A DNA stretch of 64,000 bases from a candidate division FCPU426 bacterium. Lineage in GTDB: Bacteria > Oederibacteriota > Muellerivitia > Muellerivitales > Muellerivitaceae. The DNA lies in contig CAWKAR010000027.1 in NCBI GenBank assembly GCA_963847625.1, forward strand, positions 96,001 to 160,000, given 5' to 3'. Position 1 is the first letter of the stretch, and every line of letters begins with the position of its first letter. The translations under genes and the position numbers were made by a program. Shown here in pieces: positions 32,243-41,706 of the stretch. Below the pieces are notes generated by a model. That model saw nothing but the letters and a program-made list of their open reading frames with translations, was not told the DNA's origin and ran no database searches.

Positions 32243-33103
32243 TTAAAGGTGGATGACGTTGAACTGCCAAGTTATCGGAAGAGTTGATTTAGGCACGACA
32301 ACCGCCACGATATCCCCCGGGTTGACAAGCGCATAACACACCACTTGAGGGATCACATCCTGGATGGAAACCGTCACTTGGCTGTTGGTTTCGCAGACAT
32401 TATAAAAACTCACGTGGTCCAAGCATCCCTGGTATTCCACCGCGATGATCATTTGGGTGCTGAAATCCACCGGCGACGGCGGAGGGTTGGCACAGTTGTA
32501 GAAATTTTGCCAATCGGCCTGGCTTTGAATGAGAAAAACCGAATTCCCCAAACTGCCGGAAAAGGCGGTCACGGGGGTTGCGCCCGTTCCCGGCCCCCAA
32601 CAGTATGGGTTTGGGGTAGGGGTAATGCCGGGTGTAAGGCTGATGGTAAACACTTGCGGCCCGGTATTCGGCAAAGTGATGTAAGTAAAGGTACAGCCGG
32701 CCGAAGGGGTGGGCGTGCCGGGAACGACCGTGACCGGGACCGTCGGTATGGCTGTCACGACCGTGATCGGAATGGTCGCGACCCAAGTGGGGGGCGGAAC
32801 GGTAACCACCGTTGAAGTGATTGTCGGCGTGGGATACACAGGCGGAACGGGGCTCATCGTGATGGGAACCGTCGGTAAGGCTGTCACGACAGTGATCGGA
32901 ATGGTCGCGACCCAAGTGGGTGGCGGAACGGTAATCCCCGTGGGCGAGATCGTCGGGGTGGCTACCAGGCCGGTAACAGGGGCTGAATTAATGGTGGTGG
33001 GAGTCGGTGTCGGGGCAAGGGCGGGACTGAGGGGCACGGTTCTCTCACAAGCCACAGCGGCTATTAATATTAGAAGAGATGCTGACAAGACGCATCGTTT
33101 CAT
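32243..33103 (-). CDS. Lipoprotein with Pro/Thr linker and C-terminal PrcB-like domain
   Basis: Lipobox AVAC; duplicated PPPTWVATIPITVVTA; PVDFSTQMIIAV motif. Confidence 0.6.
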   Translation of the reverse strand: MKRCVLSASLLILIAAVACERTVPLSPALAPTPTPTTINSAPVTGLVATPTISPTGITVPPPTWVATIPITVVTALPTVPITMSPVPPVYPTPTITSTVVTVPPPTWVATIPITVVTAIPTVPVTVVPGTPTPSAGCTFTYITLPNTGPQVFTISLTPGITPTPNPYCWGPGTGATPVTAFSGSLGNSVFLIQSQADWQNFYNCANPPPSPVDFSTQMIIAVEYQGCLDHVSFYNVCETNSQVTVSIQDVIPQVVCYALVNPGDIVAVVVPKSTLPITWQFNVIHL

Positions 33104-33233
33104 GGTTCGCTCCAAGTAAATGGTTTGGCTTGTTTCAAAGCGCTCAACCGCCTGATTGTTTCTGCATCAAGTATACCGCTCTCCTACCGCTTCCTCCATC
33201 CAACAAATGACCACACGGCAAGCCAATCGGAAA

Positions 33234-34550
33234 TTAGCTGTTAGAAAGGGGGTCGTTCACCCTTCCCATGAACAGGACCGTGTTCGTGGTGTTCTCGACG
33301 AGCATGAAAATGAAGGGATGGTCGACGATGAAGGGTGTGATCATTTGCACGGATACGGCCGTGCACATCTGGCAGGTTATCACCACACCGGTCGCCGCCG
33401 CGGCGGTGGTGCCCGTTTCGTTCACATCGACGTAGGCCTTGTGGACGACATCCGAAATGTACAAATCCGTCTTTGCATCGATGCCCGAAAAATCGGCCCC
33501 GGGGCCGGGAATGGGCAACGTAAAGGCCAGGGGCATCCCCATTTGCGACAAGGTGTTGGTCAGGTCATAACTAGTTCGAAAAGAGAATTTCGGCAGGGAT
33601 AGGGCCACTTGGTACGGGAACGCGGGAGCGACCATGTTCGGGGAGTTGGACGCGAGCCAGGAATTAATATTGTTCCCGCTCAAAGCGCTCTCCAAAGCCG
33701 CCATACCCCCCAGCGGGGGGAGGAAAATATACATGGAAGCTTCGCTGTTGGTGTAGGGGACCGCGAGAACACTGGCCGCCCCGTTATAGCTCCCGACCGC
33801 GGCGTTAAAGGTCAGGTTCATCATGCTGACCGGTTCCGTGCTTCCAGACGCGAGGTTGAATGTCTGTTGGACGGTGTTCGTCACCGGGAACTGGTATTGC
33901 CAACTGCCCTTGAAATAAATCGCGTTGGTCAGGACCAGCTTTGTTTCCGGGGTGATATTGGACTGGCTCAGGAGGTTCGGGATATATCCCGCCGTCTCCT
34001 GTGATACGGCCCCGTTGATCGTCTGCAGGGCCCCCGAGGGGTTCCCCCGGAAATCCACGTCCGTGACCCCCGCGTCATAGTAGGTTTGGCAGGTATTGAT
34101 ATAGGAAGCCAGGACCGGGAAATTCTGCTGGATCCACAGGTTATCGGCCGTGTCGAGGGTGTAATGCTTGTTCGGGCTGTTGATTTCGCCGATCAACTGC
34201 TGGAAATCCTGCAGGCGGGCGGCCGTGTTGCTGTTCAGGTTCAAGACGTTGCGCATTTGGACGGCGGTGTTGCCTTTCGCGCCTTCCTGGGCCATGGCCA
34301 TGGCCGTGATGATGCTGAAGGGCGAGAAGAAAATGTTCCCGGACTGGGACTGGTAAAAATTGTAAAGGTTGGAGGAAAGGCAGTTGTTCGCCTGGGAGGC
34401 CGTGCAGGTGGTGGCCATGGCGGCAATCGGCGGGCCGGAAACCGGGGTGAGTCCCGCCGTGGGGAGATTCCGGCTGCAACCCCCGTAAAGAAGAAGGGCG
34501 GATGCCGCCAGGGCCAGGACCCCATAAATCCGGTTTTGTTTTCTCATCAT
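33234..34550 (-). CDS. Serpin family lipoprotein
   Basis: NIFFSPFSI, LTNAIYFKGSW, LPKF, hinge ETGTTAAAATG, FIVDHPFIFML...LFMGRVNDP. Confidence 0.95.
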   Translation of the reverse strand: MMRKQNRIYGVLALAASALLLYGGCSRNLPTAGLTPVSGPPIAAMATTCTASQANNCLSSNLYNFYQSQSGNIFFSPFSIITAMAMAQEGAKGNTAVQMRNVLNLNSNTAARLQDFQQLIGEINSPNKHYTLDTADNLWIQQNFPVLASYINTCQTYYDAGVTDVDFRGNPSGALQTINGAVSQETAGYIPNLLSQSNITPETKLVLTNAIYFKGSWQYQFPVTNTVQQTFNLASGSTEPVSMMNLTFNAAVGSYNGAASVLAVPYTNSEASMYIFLPPLGGMAALESALSGNNINSWLASNSPNMVAPAFPYQVALSLPKFSFRTSYDLTNTLSQMGMPLAFTLPIPGPGADFSGIDAKTDLYISDVVHKAYVDVNETGTTAAAATGVVITCQMCTAVSVQMITPFIVDHPFIFMLVENTTNTVLFMGRVNDPLSNS

Positions 34551-34870
34551 TCAAGCCTCCATAAAAAGGGTTTAAGACAGGGGACAAAATATGCGCAATT
34601 GGTATATGCAAAAAGCATACCACTTGTTTGTAAATTTCATTAAGGCGGGCATTTCCGAAGGAAACGGTTCGTTTAACATTAATAGATTGTCCCAATTTTC
34701 CACTTCTAAAGACGGAACACTTCTTTTGCCGATTTACACACGAGAACAAAATGTTCGGCTGGGTTTAACCCTAAACAGTCAAAATAACCCCAATAAATTC
34801 AAAAACCTGACAACTTAAATTTTTTTAAGACCGGGAAATGGATGGTCCCCCCGAAATGACTTCCCTTGAA

Positions 34871-34952
34871 TCCCAAACTTATTTTTGGATGGAATGCATT
34901 GGGGAGGGAAGCGTTGGATGAACACGAAATGGCGGAAGGGTAACCGGTCTTC
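34871..34952 (-). repeat. Second repeat family, copy B (right and left arms)
   Basis: TGGAATGCATTGGGGAGGGAAGCGTT...GAACA. Confidence 0.8.
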
Positions 34953-34999
34953 AGACAAGTAAACCCAAATCAGGTTTCATAGGCGGCATCCTTTTCCTT

Positions 35000-37363
35000 T
35001 TAAAATTCCACCTCCAGCCCCAGGAAAGGCAGGAGGGGAAGCTGGTAGATGGCTTGGCGCTGGGTGTAATCGGCGTTATAGCCGTAGGTCAGGATGTTTT
35101 GCTGGTTGGTGGCGTTCCATATCTCCAAATAAACCCTCCAACTCCAAGTGGGGTAAACCGCTTGATAGGACGTCGAGAGGTCCAATTGCTGGTAGTCCGG
35201 AAAACGCACCGAATCCTCCGCCCCGGAGATCGCCCTGTAAACCCCGGGCTTCACCAGGTAGGACCCCATGATGGGCGTGTAGGGAACTCCTGTGGAGTAG
35301 CGCCACTTGAGACCCGTGTCCCACCGGGAAGTGAGATGATAGCCGGCCACCACCGTGGCGATCTGGGGCTGGTCGAAGGTATAGGGATGCAGGGCCAGGC
35401 CGGAGGCGTCCCTGCGCTGGGAATCGCTCAAGGAATAGGAGACCCAGCCGAATAAACCGCCCTCGGGGTAATGGCGCAGGAACACCTCCAACCCCCGGGA
35501 GTAACCCGACCCGTCGTTGTTGTAGTGGTGGAACTGGTCCACTTCCATGATTTGGGAAAGGGCCTTGTGGTAACCCTCCAGGCGGAAGAAAAGGCCGCTC
35601 CCGAGTTTTTGCTCCAGGCCCACGACCACGGCTTGGGCCAATTCCGGCTCCAACGCCGGGTTCCCGAAATTCGGGGACTGGTAAAGACCCAGGAAAGGCA
35701 ATTGGTAATAATCCCCGTAGGACGCTTTGAGGGTGGTCCGCTCGGATAAAGCGTAGGCCTCGGAAAGCCGCAGGCTCGTCTGGGATTCTTGGCTGAAGGA
35801 CTGGTAATCCCAACGGCCCCCCACCGAGACCTCTAATTTCTTGTCGAGGGACTTGAACTTCTGGTCAAGATAGAGGGCCGAGTTGTCCGAAACCGCCGTG
35901 TAGGTCCCCTTGGCGAAGGGGGAGGTCTGGGGAAAAACGAAGGGGTTCAGGTCGTCCTGGGCTGGCAACAGGTTCATGTAGATGTCGCTGGTCGTGAGGC
36001 TGTGGTCGTATTTCCAACCCGCCGATAACCGGGTATCCCCATCGAAGTCGTGGAACCATTCCAGCCGGTTCGCGAAATCCTCCGACTTCATTTCCAGGTG
36101 GTAATTCAATTGCATATCCACGCCGAGGGAGAAAAGCGTGTGGTAAGCCGTGTCCAAAAGGGAGTCCTCCTCCCCCAACTGGTTCCGGTAACGGACGCCC
36201 TGGCTGTCGAAGGCGTTATGGTAGGTGAATTGGCCCGTCAGCACGTTGGAATCAGGTTCCAGGCTGAAGCCGTCCTGGAAGTTCACCGCCACGTTGTCCC
36301 CGCTTCCGAGGACCTCGAAATCCCAATGGGTTCCGGGGGACTCGTCGTAAACGGCCTTCCCCTGGTAATCGTAAAAGGACGGCACCGCCGTGAAATCACT
36401 GAGAAGCCCGCTGAACAATTCCAGGTAACTGCGGCGTCCCGAGGCCACCAGGGAAGTTTCCGGGAAGAGGGGCCCTTCCAGGCCCGCTTCCGAATACAGC
36501 GGCGTGATCTCAAACCGGCCGCCCCAACGGTCCTGCCGGGGGTCCCTTTGGGAGACGTCGATCACCCCCCCGTAGTCATCCCCGTATTGGGGGCCGTATC
36601 CCCCCGTGTAAAAATCGACGGACTTCACCAGGTCGGAATTCAGGATGGATAGGAGCCCCCCGAAATGGACGGGATAGGCCACGGGGATCCCGTCCACGAG
36701 CGTGAGGTTGTCCAGGGGGCCCGCGCCCCTCACTAGAGGGGCCGCCCAGAAGTCGCTGGCTTGGGCCATTCCCGGGAAGGATTGGATCGCCCGCAGGACG
36801 TCCCCGGCCGTTCCCGGGACGGAGGTTAGCTCCTGTTTGGAGATGCTTTCCGAGCTGACCTGGGTCCGGGGGACCCGGGGGGCCGTCACCAGCACCTCGG
36901 GCAGGGTGAATTTATCGGGCTCCAGGAAAAAATCCCGCTGGGCGTCCTGGCAAAGGTCCACTCGGGAAAGGGTGACGGGGATGAAACCGGCCGCGGCGGC
37001 GATGACCCGGTAAATGCCGTCCGGCGCCTCCACCCGGAATCCCCCGTTGGAGTCCGGATTGGCGGATAGGGGCCCAAACGTGGGTTCGGAAACGGCGGAT
37101 TCCGCCCCGCCGGTATCGCCTTCGGCTTCCAGGACCAACCGCGCCTGCGGGAGGGGGGCCTGAGAACTCTTATCCAGGATATTTCCGGAAAGAACCGCGG
37201 GAAAAACGGGGGATAGAAAAGGCCCGGCTCCAGAAAGTAGCAGGAGAAAGAAAAACCGGGTAACGATCCGTTTTTTCCAGGAGCCGGTGGGGAAATGAAA
37301 GAAAGGCGGTTCTCCCCGGCCGGAACGCGTTGGTAGGATAAAAAAGAACAATACAAACCCCAT
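35000..37363 (-). CDS. TonB-dependent receptor (start uncertain)
   Basis: Plug motifs GDVLRAIQSFPG, VRGAGPLDN, VDGIP, GGYGPQYG...GGVID; C-terminal Phe. Confidence 0.9.
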   Translation of the reverse strand: MGFVLFFFILPTRSGRGEPPFFHFPTGSWKKRIVTRFFFLLLLSGAGPFLSPVFPAVLSGNILDKSSQAPLPQARLVLEAEGDTGGAESAVSEPTFGPLSANPDSNGGFRVEAPDGIYRVIAAAAGFIPVTLSRVDLCQDAQRDFFLEPDKFTLPEVLVTAPRVPRTQVSSESISKQELTSVPGTAGDVLRAIQSFPGMAQASDFWAAPLVRGAGPLDNLTLVDGIPVAYPVHFGGLLSILNSDLVKSVDFYTGGYGPQYGDDYGGVIDVSQRDPRQDRWGGRFEITPLYSEAGLEGPLFPETSLVASGRRSYLELFSGLLSDFTAVPSFYDYQGKAVYDESPGTHWDFEVLGSGDNVAVNFQDGFSLEPDSNVLTGQFTYHNAFDSQGVRYRNQLGEEDSLLDTAYHTLFSLGVDMQLNYHLEMKSEDFANRLEWFHDFDGDTRLSAGWKYDHSLTTSDIYMNLLPAQDDLNPFVFPQTSPFAKGTYTAVSDNSALYLDQKFKSLDKKLEVSVGGRWDYQSFSQESQTSLRLSEAYALSERTTLKASYGDYYQLPFLGLYQSPNFGNPALEPELAQAVVVGLEQKLGSGLFFRLEGYHKALSQIMEVDQFHHYNNDGSGYSRGLEVFLRHYPEGGLFGWVSYSLSDSQRRDASGLALHPYTFDQPQIATVVAGYHLTSRWDTGLKWRYSTGVPYTPIMGSYLVKPGVYRAISGAEDSVRFPDYQQLDLSTSYQAVYPTWSWRVYLEIWNATNQQNILTYGYNADYTQRQAIYQLPLLPFLGLEVEF

Positions 37364-37397
37364 GGAATAAGATTTCTGCGTTTTAGGAACCTTCCGT

Positions 37398-38456
37398 TTA
37401 TTTTTGTTGGATCAACCGGACCGACCCATTCCAAGTATCCGTAACGTAAACATTGCCCGAGGAATCCACCGCGACGCCGAAGGGTTGGTTGAAGGTCGCG
37501 GCGGTGCCGGGGCCGTTGGTATCGCCTGTGACCCCCGCCGACCCCGCCAAGGTCGAAACCGTTCCACTGGGGGTGATTTTCCGGATCAAGTTGTTTCCCT
37601 GGTCCGCAACGTAAACATTTCCGGAAGAGTCCACCGCAACCCCAGTGGGCCCATTAAAAGATGCGGAGGCAACATTTCCATTGGTATGTCCGGATATCCC
37701 CGCCCCTGCCAGGGTCGAAACCATACCACCCGGGGTGATTTTACGGATGAGGCTGTTATAGGTATCCGCGACATAAACATTACCCTGCGGGTCGACCGCG
37801 ATCCCATTGGGCCATGTAAAAGACGCGGCGGTCCCGGCCCCGTTGGTACCGCAACATGGCCCCCCTCCCGCCAGGGTCGAAACCACGCCCCCAGGCGTGA
37901 TTTCCCGGATTAGACTGTTAAACGTGTCCGCGACGTAAAGGTTTCCGGATGAATCGACCGCTACTCCATTGGGCCAATAGAACGACGCGGCGGTCGCCGG
38001 GCCATTGGCCGCTCCAATCACACCGGTTTGGCCCGCTACGGTTGACACCGAGCCCCCGGCCAGTATTTCCCGGATCAAATCGTTGCCACGGTCCGCGACG
38101 TAAATATTTCTAAGGGGATCAACAGCGATTCCCATGGGCATCAAAAATGTCGCGGCGGTCGCCGGACCGTTGGCGGCTCCACCCTCCCCTGTCCCCGCGA
38201 CCGATGTGGATGCGCCCCAGGGGGAAATTTTCCAGATTTTTCTCCCGTAAGCATCCGAGACGTAAATATAACCGGACGAATCAACCGCGATTCCAGCAGG
38301 ATAATCACATACATCCGATAGGGTTGTCACCAAGACATGATCGAAATAAGGGTTGGGGGAATAGGGGCTGGTGGTATTGCCACAGCCGGTCGGGAAAACA
38401 GCCAAAAGCGGGAGAAGGATTAAAAAGAGACCAAGTAAATATAACGTTCGGCCCAT
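37398..38456 (-). CDS. NHL-repeat beta-propeller lipoprotein
   Basis: Repeated F..P.GVAVD..GN.YVAD..N..IRKITP.G.VSTLAG. Confidence 0.9.
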   Translation of the reverse strand: MGRTLYLLGLFLILLPLLAVFPTGCGNTTSPYSPNPYFDHVLVTTLSDVCDYPAGIAVDSSGYIYVSDAYGRKIWKISPWGASTSVAGTGEGGAANGPATAATFLMPMGIAVDPLRNIYVADRGNDLIREILAGGSVSTVAGQTGVIGAANGPATAASFYWPNGVAVDSSGNLYVADTFNSLIREITPGGVVSTLAGGGPCCGTNGAGTAASFTWPNGIAVDPQGNVYVADTYNSLIRKITPGGMVSTLAGAGISGHTNGNVASASFNGPTGVAVDSSGNVYVADQGNNLIRKITPSGTVSTLAGSAGVTGDTNGPGTAATFNQPFGVAVDSSGNVYVTDTWNGSVRLIQQK

Positions 38457-38579
38457 TGGAACCTCAAAAAATCATGACATCCAAGACGTTCCTATAGATT
38501 ATCCCTTCAGATAGCCTCGGGCAACTTTTAAAGGATTCCAAGCTTAAAAGCCTGAAAACTCCTCACTCCTAACTTTTAA

Positions 38580-38660
38580 TTCCTAACTTGTTTTCTTGTT
38601 GGAATGCATTGGGGAGAGAAGCGTTGAGTGAACATGGAATGGCGGTAGGTCATTCCGGCA
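38580..38660 (-). repeat. Second repeat family, copy C (right and left arms)
   Basis: TGGAATGCATTGGGGAGAGAAGCGTT...GAACA. Confidence 0.8.
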
Positions 38661-38703
38661 TATCGTAAATAAACTTTACGCCCAACTCTCATGCCCCTAT
38701 GGA

Positions 38704-39792
38704 TTATGGCGAGTGCCATACGTCGTTTAAGGGGGTGGAGTTCGAATAGAGGCCGGCCATGACCCACATTTTCCCGTTAAAAGCCAAACTGGTGTGGGCG
38801 TACCGGCCGGGAAAATCCGCCCTCGAAGTCATTTGGCTCCAATGGGCGCCGTCAGTCGAGGTCCAAACGTCGCTGAGGTAAGGCGCGAGACCGGTATTCC
38901 CGCCGATCACCCAGAGGGCCCCGTCGTAAACCACGCATGACTGGCCGTAACGCTTCTGGAAATCCGCCGCGTCCGTGGCTTCCGTCCAGGCGGTGCAGTC
39001 GGAAGAGGTCCAAACATCGTCAAAAACCGCGGCGTTGCTTCCCCCGGTATGCAGGCCGCCGATCACCCAGATCGAGCCGTTATAAACGACACCGCTGAAA
39101 ATATCCCGGGACTGGAAAGACGAGGCCAAGGTGACGGGCGACCAATGGGCGCCGTCAGTGGAGGTCCAAATGTCGTTCAGCTCGCCGCCCCCCATCCTGG
39201 AAAAACCTCCCATGAGGTACATGGCGTTATTGAACACCACGCAAGACATGGCGGCCCTCGGGCTGAAAGCCGCCCCCGCCGTGGCCTGGGTCCATTGGCT
39301 GCCGTTGGTCGAGGACCAAACGTCGTTCTTGAACGAAGCGGCAAAACCGCCGATGACCCACATTTTCCCAGCGTAAACCACGGAGGCCTGGGAATACCTC
39401 GGGGTAAAGTCCGCCCGGTCCGTGACTTGCTTCCAGGTACTGCCGTCCGTGGAGGACCAGACATCGTTCAGGAAACCGTGGCCGGTGTTTCCCCCGATAA
39501 TCCACATGGCACCGTCATAAACGACCCCGGACTGGAAATACCTGGCGGTGAAAACCGAGGACGAGGCGGCCCGGGTCCAATCCTCCCCGGGAACGGGCGT
39601 TAGGAAGGGAATGCGCAGATTTTTCCGGTAAAAGAAACCCGCGAGGACGGCCAATAATAATGCGCAGAGCAAAAACGACGGCCTTAATTTCACAAGTATT
39701 CCGGGCGCGGGGGTCCGTTTAAACCGAGGTTTCCCGGACGTACGCCTGCCGCTTTTCCGCCCGGCGGCCTTGATGCCCATTGGTTTTTCCAC
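38704..39792 (-). CDS. Membrane-anchored Kelch-like beta-propeller protein
   Basis: Six repeats of F..R.....VVY.G.MWVIGG......NDVWSS.DG..W. Confidence 0.8.
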   Translation of the reverse strand: MEKPMGIKAAGRKSGRRTSGKPRFKRTPAPGILVKLRPSFLLCALLLAVLAGFFYRKNLRIPFLTPVPGEDWTRAASSSVFTARYFQSGVVYDGAMWIIGGNTGHGFLNDVWSSTDGSTWKQVTDRADFTPRYSQASVVYAGKMWVIGGFAASFKNDVWSSTNGSQWTQATAGAAFSPRAAMSCVVFNNAMYLMGGFSRMGGGELNDIWTSTDGAHWSPVTLASSFQSRDIFSGVVYNGSIWVIGGLHTGGSNAAVFDDVWTSSDCTAWTEATDAADFQKRYGQSCVVYDGALWVIGGNTGLAPYLSDVWTSTDGAHWSQMTSRADFPGRYAHTSLAFNGKMWVMAGLYSNSTPLNDVWHSP

Positions 39793-39916
39793 GAAACACC
39801 GCCCCTTTTTGCTGGCAGATCACGAACCCATCATTGGAAATTGGGAAATATTTGAAGCTTAAAACAATCCCGCGTTAAACCCTATCTTATCCATTGAAAC
39901 GCATTACAGACCATCT

Positions 39917-40633
39917 TCAGTAATTGACTGAGGCCACGTTGTTCATCAGCACGCAGGAGGAAGACTGGCAGCCGGGGAACGCCCCTTTATTGAGTTGAAC
40001 GACGTGAAAATTCACTACGTCGTTTCCGCTCCCCGGTGTTTCATTTCCAGAAAACACGCTGTTGGCCAGCACGTAAGGGTTGGTGGGAATCGGCGGGCCG
40101 ATGATTGTCATGGGCTGGGCCGAACCATTGGCGACTTCCACGTAATTATAGTTTCCCACCCCGGCGGCCCAGGAACAAGTGACCCCCGCCGTCCCCGAGG
40201 AGGGCTGGAGAAGGGGATTCCCGGCGATGGCCGTGACCGAGGAGGTATAGATCTTGCCGCCGATGTCGACATTGAAAGTGTAAGTATCGCCCGCGGTATA
40301 AGTGACTGAATTGGTGTACAAACCGCCGGTGATATTGGGCGCCCCCGACTGGGTGATGGCGCCGGTGGGGATGATACCCAGCAAAGTCAGGGGGATGGAA
40401 TTGCTGTTGTCCACGAGAGTGACGGACGTATTGGCTGTTCCCGTCGTTCCGGTACTGTCGGAAACGAGGACGGTCACGATATTAAGGCTGCCGTTTTCGC
40501 CCAGGTTAGCCACGATAATAGGCTCCTTGCTGCTGGCGGGGGTGGCCGGATTGTTGTTCGAACTGCAAGCTTGGAAAAGAACCACCGATACAACTGGAAA
40601 GAAGAAATACCACAAACTTTTTTTCAACCGCAT
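39917..40633 (-). CDS. Hypothetical lipoprotein
   Basis: GGAGG RBS; lipobox FQAC. Confidence 0.65.
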   Translation of the reverse strand: MRLKKSLWYFFFPVVSVVLFQACSSNNNPATPASSKEPIIVANLGENGSLNIVTVLVSDSTGTTGTANTSVTLVDNSNSIPLTLLGIIPTGAITQSGAPNITGGLYTNSVTYTAGDTYTFNVDIGGKIYTSSVTAIAGNPLLQPSSGTAGVTCSWAAGVGNYNYVEVANGSAQPMTIIGPPIPTNPYVLANSVFSGNETPGSGNDVVNFHVVQLNKGAFPGCQSSSCVLMNNVASVNY

Positions 40634-40740
40634 AAAAAACCTCCCTCGAAATTTTGGTTTCCAAGACAACCTGCGACAACCCACGGAGCTTAAAACTTTC
40701 CTGCTTTAAAACCCATATTATCTCTTAAATCTCGTTCCAA

Positions 40741-40905
40741 CTACCGGCATGGGGGGCTTCCGCCTGCCGGCAGAACCGGGACGCCTACTGGCATAAAGCT
40801 GGTTTCCTGGCGGCATGTGCCGGATTTTCTGGTAAACGGGGCCCGCATTTCTGGTAAACAGAACCGGGATTTCTGGTAAACAGGGGCGGTTACCTGGTAA
40901 ACGGA
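40741..40905. repeat. ~21-bp-period degenerate repeats (CGCCTRCYGGCA; CTGGTAAAC x4)
   Basis: Visible directly; CGCCTACTGGCA also occurs at 32026 and 32064. Confidence 0.7.
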
Positions 40906-40955
40906 GCCCATGATTTTACGAACCGCGTTTTGACAAGGTCCTATATTATGATGTT

Positions 40956-41636
40956 ATGACCAAAATGAAATATTCAGAAATAACCATCGAAAAGCATCGT
41001 TGCCTGGTCTTGGGCCCGCCGGCCCTGCCGCCCGGGGCGCCGGTTGTCCTCACCCTCCACGGACTGGGAACCAACGCCGACGACCTAGCCCCCCTCTGCG
41101 GGGAACTCGGTTTTTCCAAGTGTCGTTATGTCCTGCCAGACGCGCCCCTCTTGTTGCCGGGTTACCCGCCGGGATCCTTCGCCTGGTACGACTTCATGAA
41201 CCATAATCGCGAGGAGATCGAAGCCAGCCGGGATTACCTATACAAGGTCCTGGACCATTTTTGCAAAGATCCTTCCCGGGAAAAGGAGGCGCCCCCTCTT
41301 ATCCCTCTGGGTTTCTCCCAGGGCGGAGTCATGGCGCTGGAGGTGGGATTGAATTACAAGGGAAAGGTCGCGGCTATCGTCTCCATGAGCGGATACATGC
41401 CTAATCCTGAAGCCACCCTGGCGAAACCTGTCGCGCCCCGGGAGACCCCCCTTTTACTCGTACATGGGACCCAAGACCCGGTGGTCCCAGTGGAGGGAAC
41501 CCGTGTGGCGGTGGAAGCCTTGAAACTGGCGGGGTATCATCCGGTGTTTAAAGAATTCCCCATGCCGCATACCATCACGGAAGAATCGTTGGATGAAGTT
41601 CGAGAGTTTCTCGGTAGGGTTATTCTTGAAAAATAA
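40956..41636 (+). CDS. Phospholipase/carboxylesterase (alpha/beta hydrolase)
   Basis: LHGLG, GFSQGG, HGTQDPVV, MPH. Confidence 0.9.
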   Translation: MTKMKYSEITIEKHRCLVLGPPALPPGAPVVLTLHGLGTNADDLAPLCGELGFSKCRYVLPDAPLLLPGYPPGSFAWYDFMNHNREEIEASRDYLYKVLDHFCKDPSREKEAPPLIPLGFSQGGVMALEVGLNYKGKVAAIVSMSGYMPNPEATLAKPVAPRETPLLLVHGTQDPVVPVEGTRVAVEALKLAGYHPVFKEFPMPHTITEESLDEVREFLGRVILEK

Positions 41637-41706
41637 CCAATAGATTTGTAACTTATATCCCTCCTGTTGCTTCACCTTACTTGAAGAAAAATTGAAGGAG
41701 TCCTTT

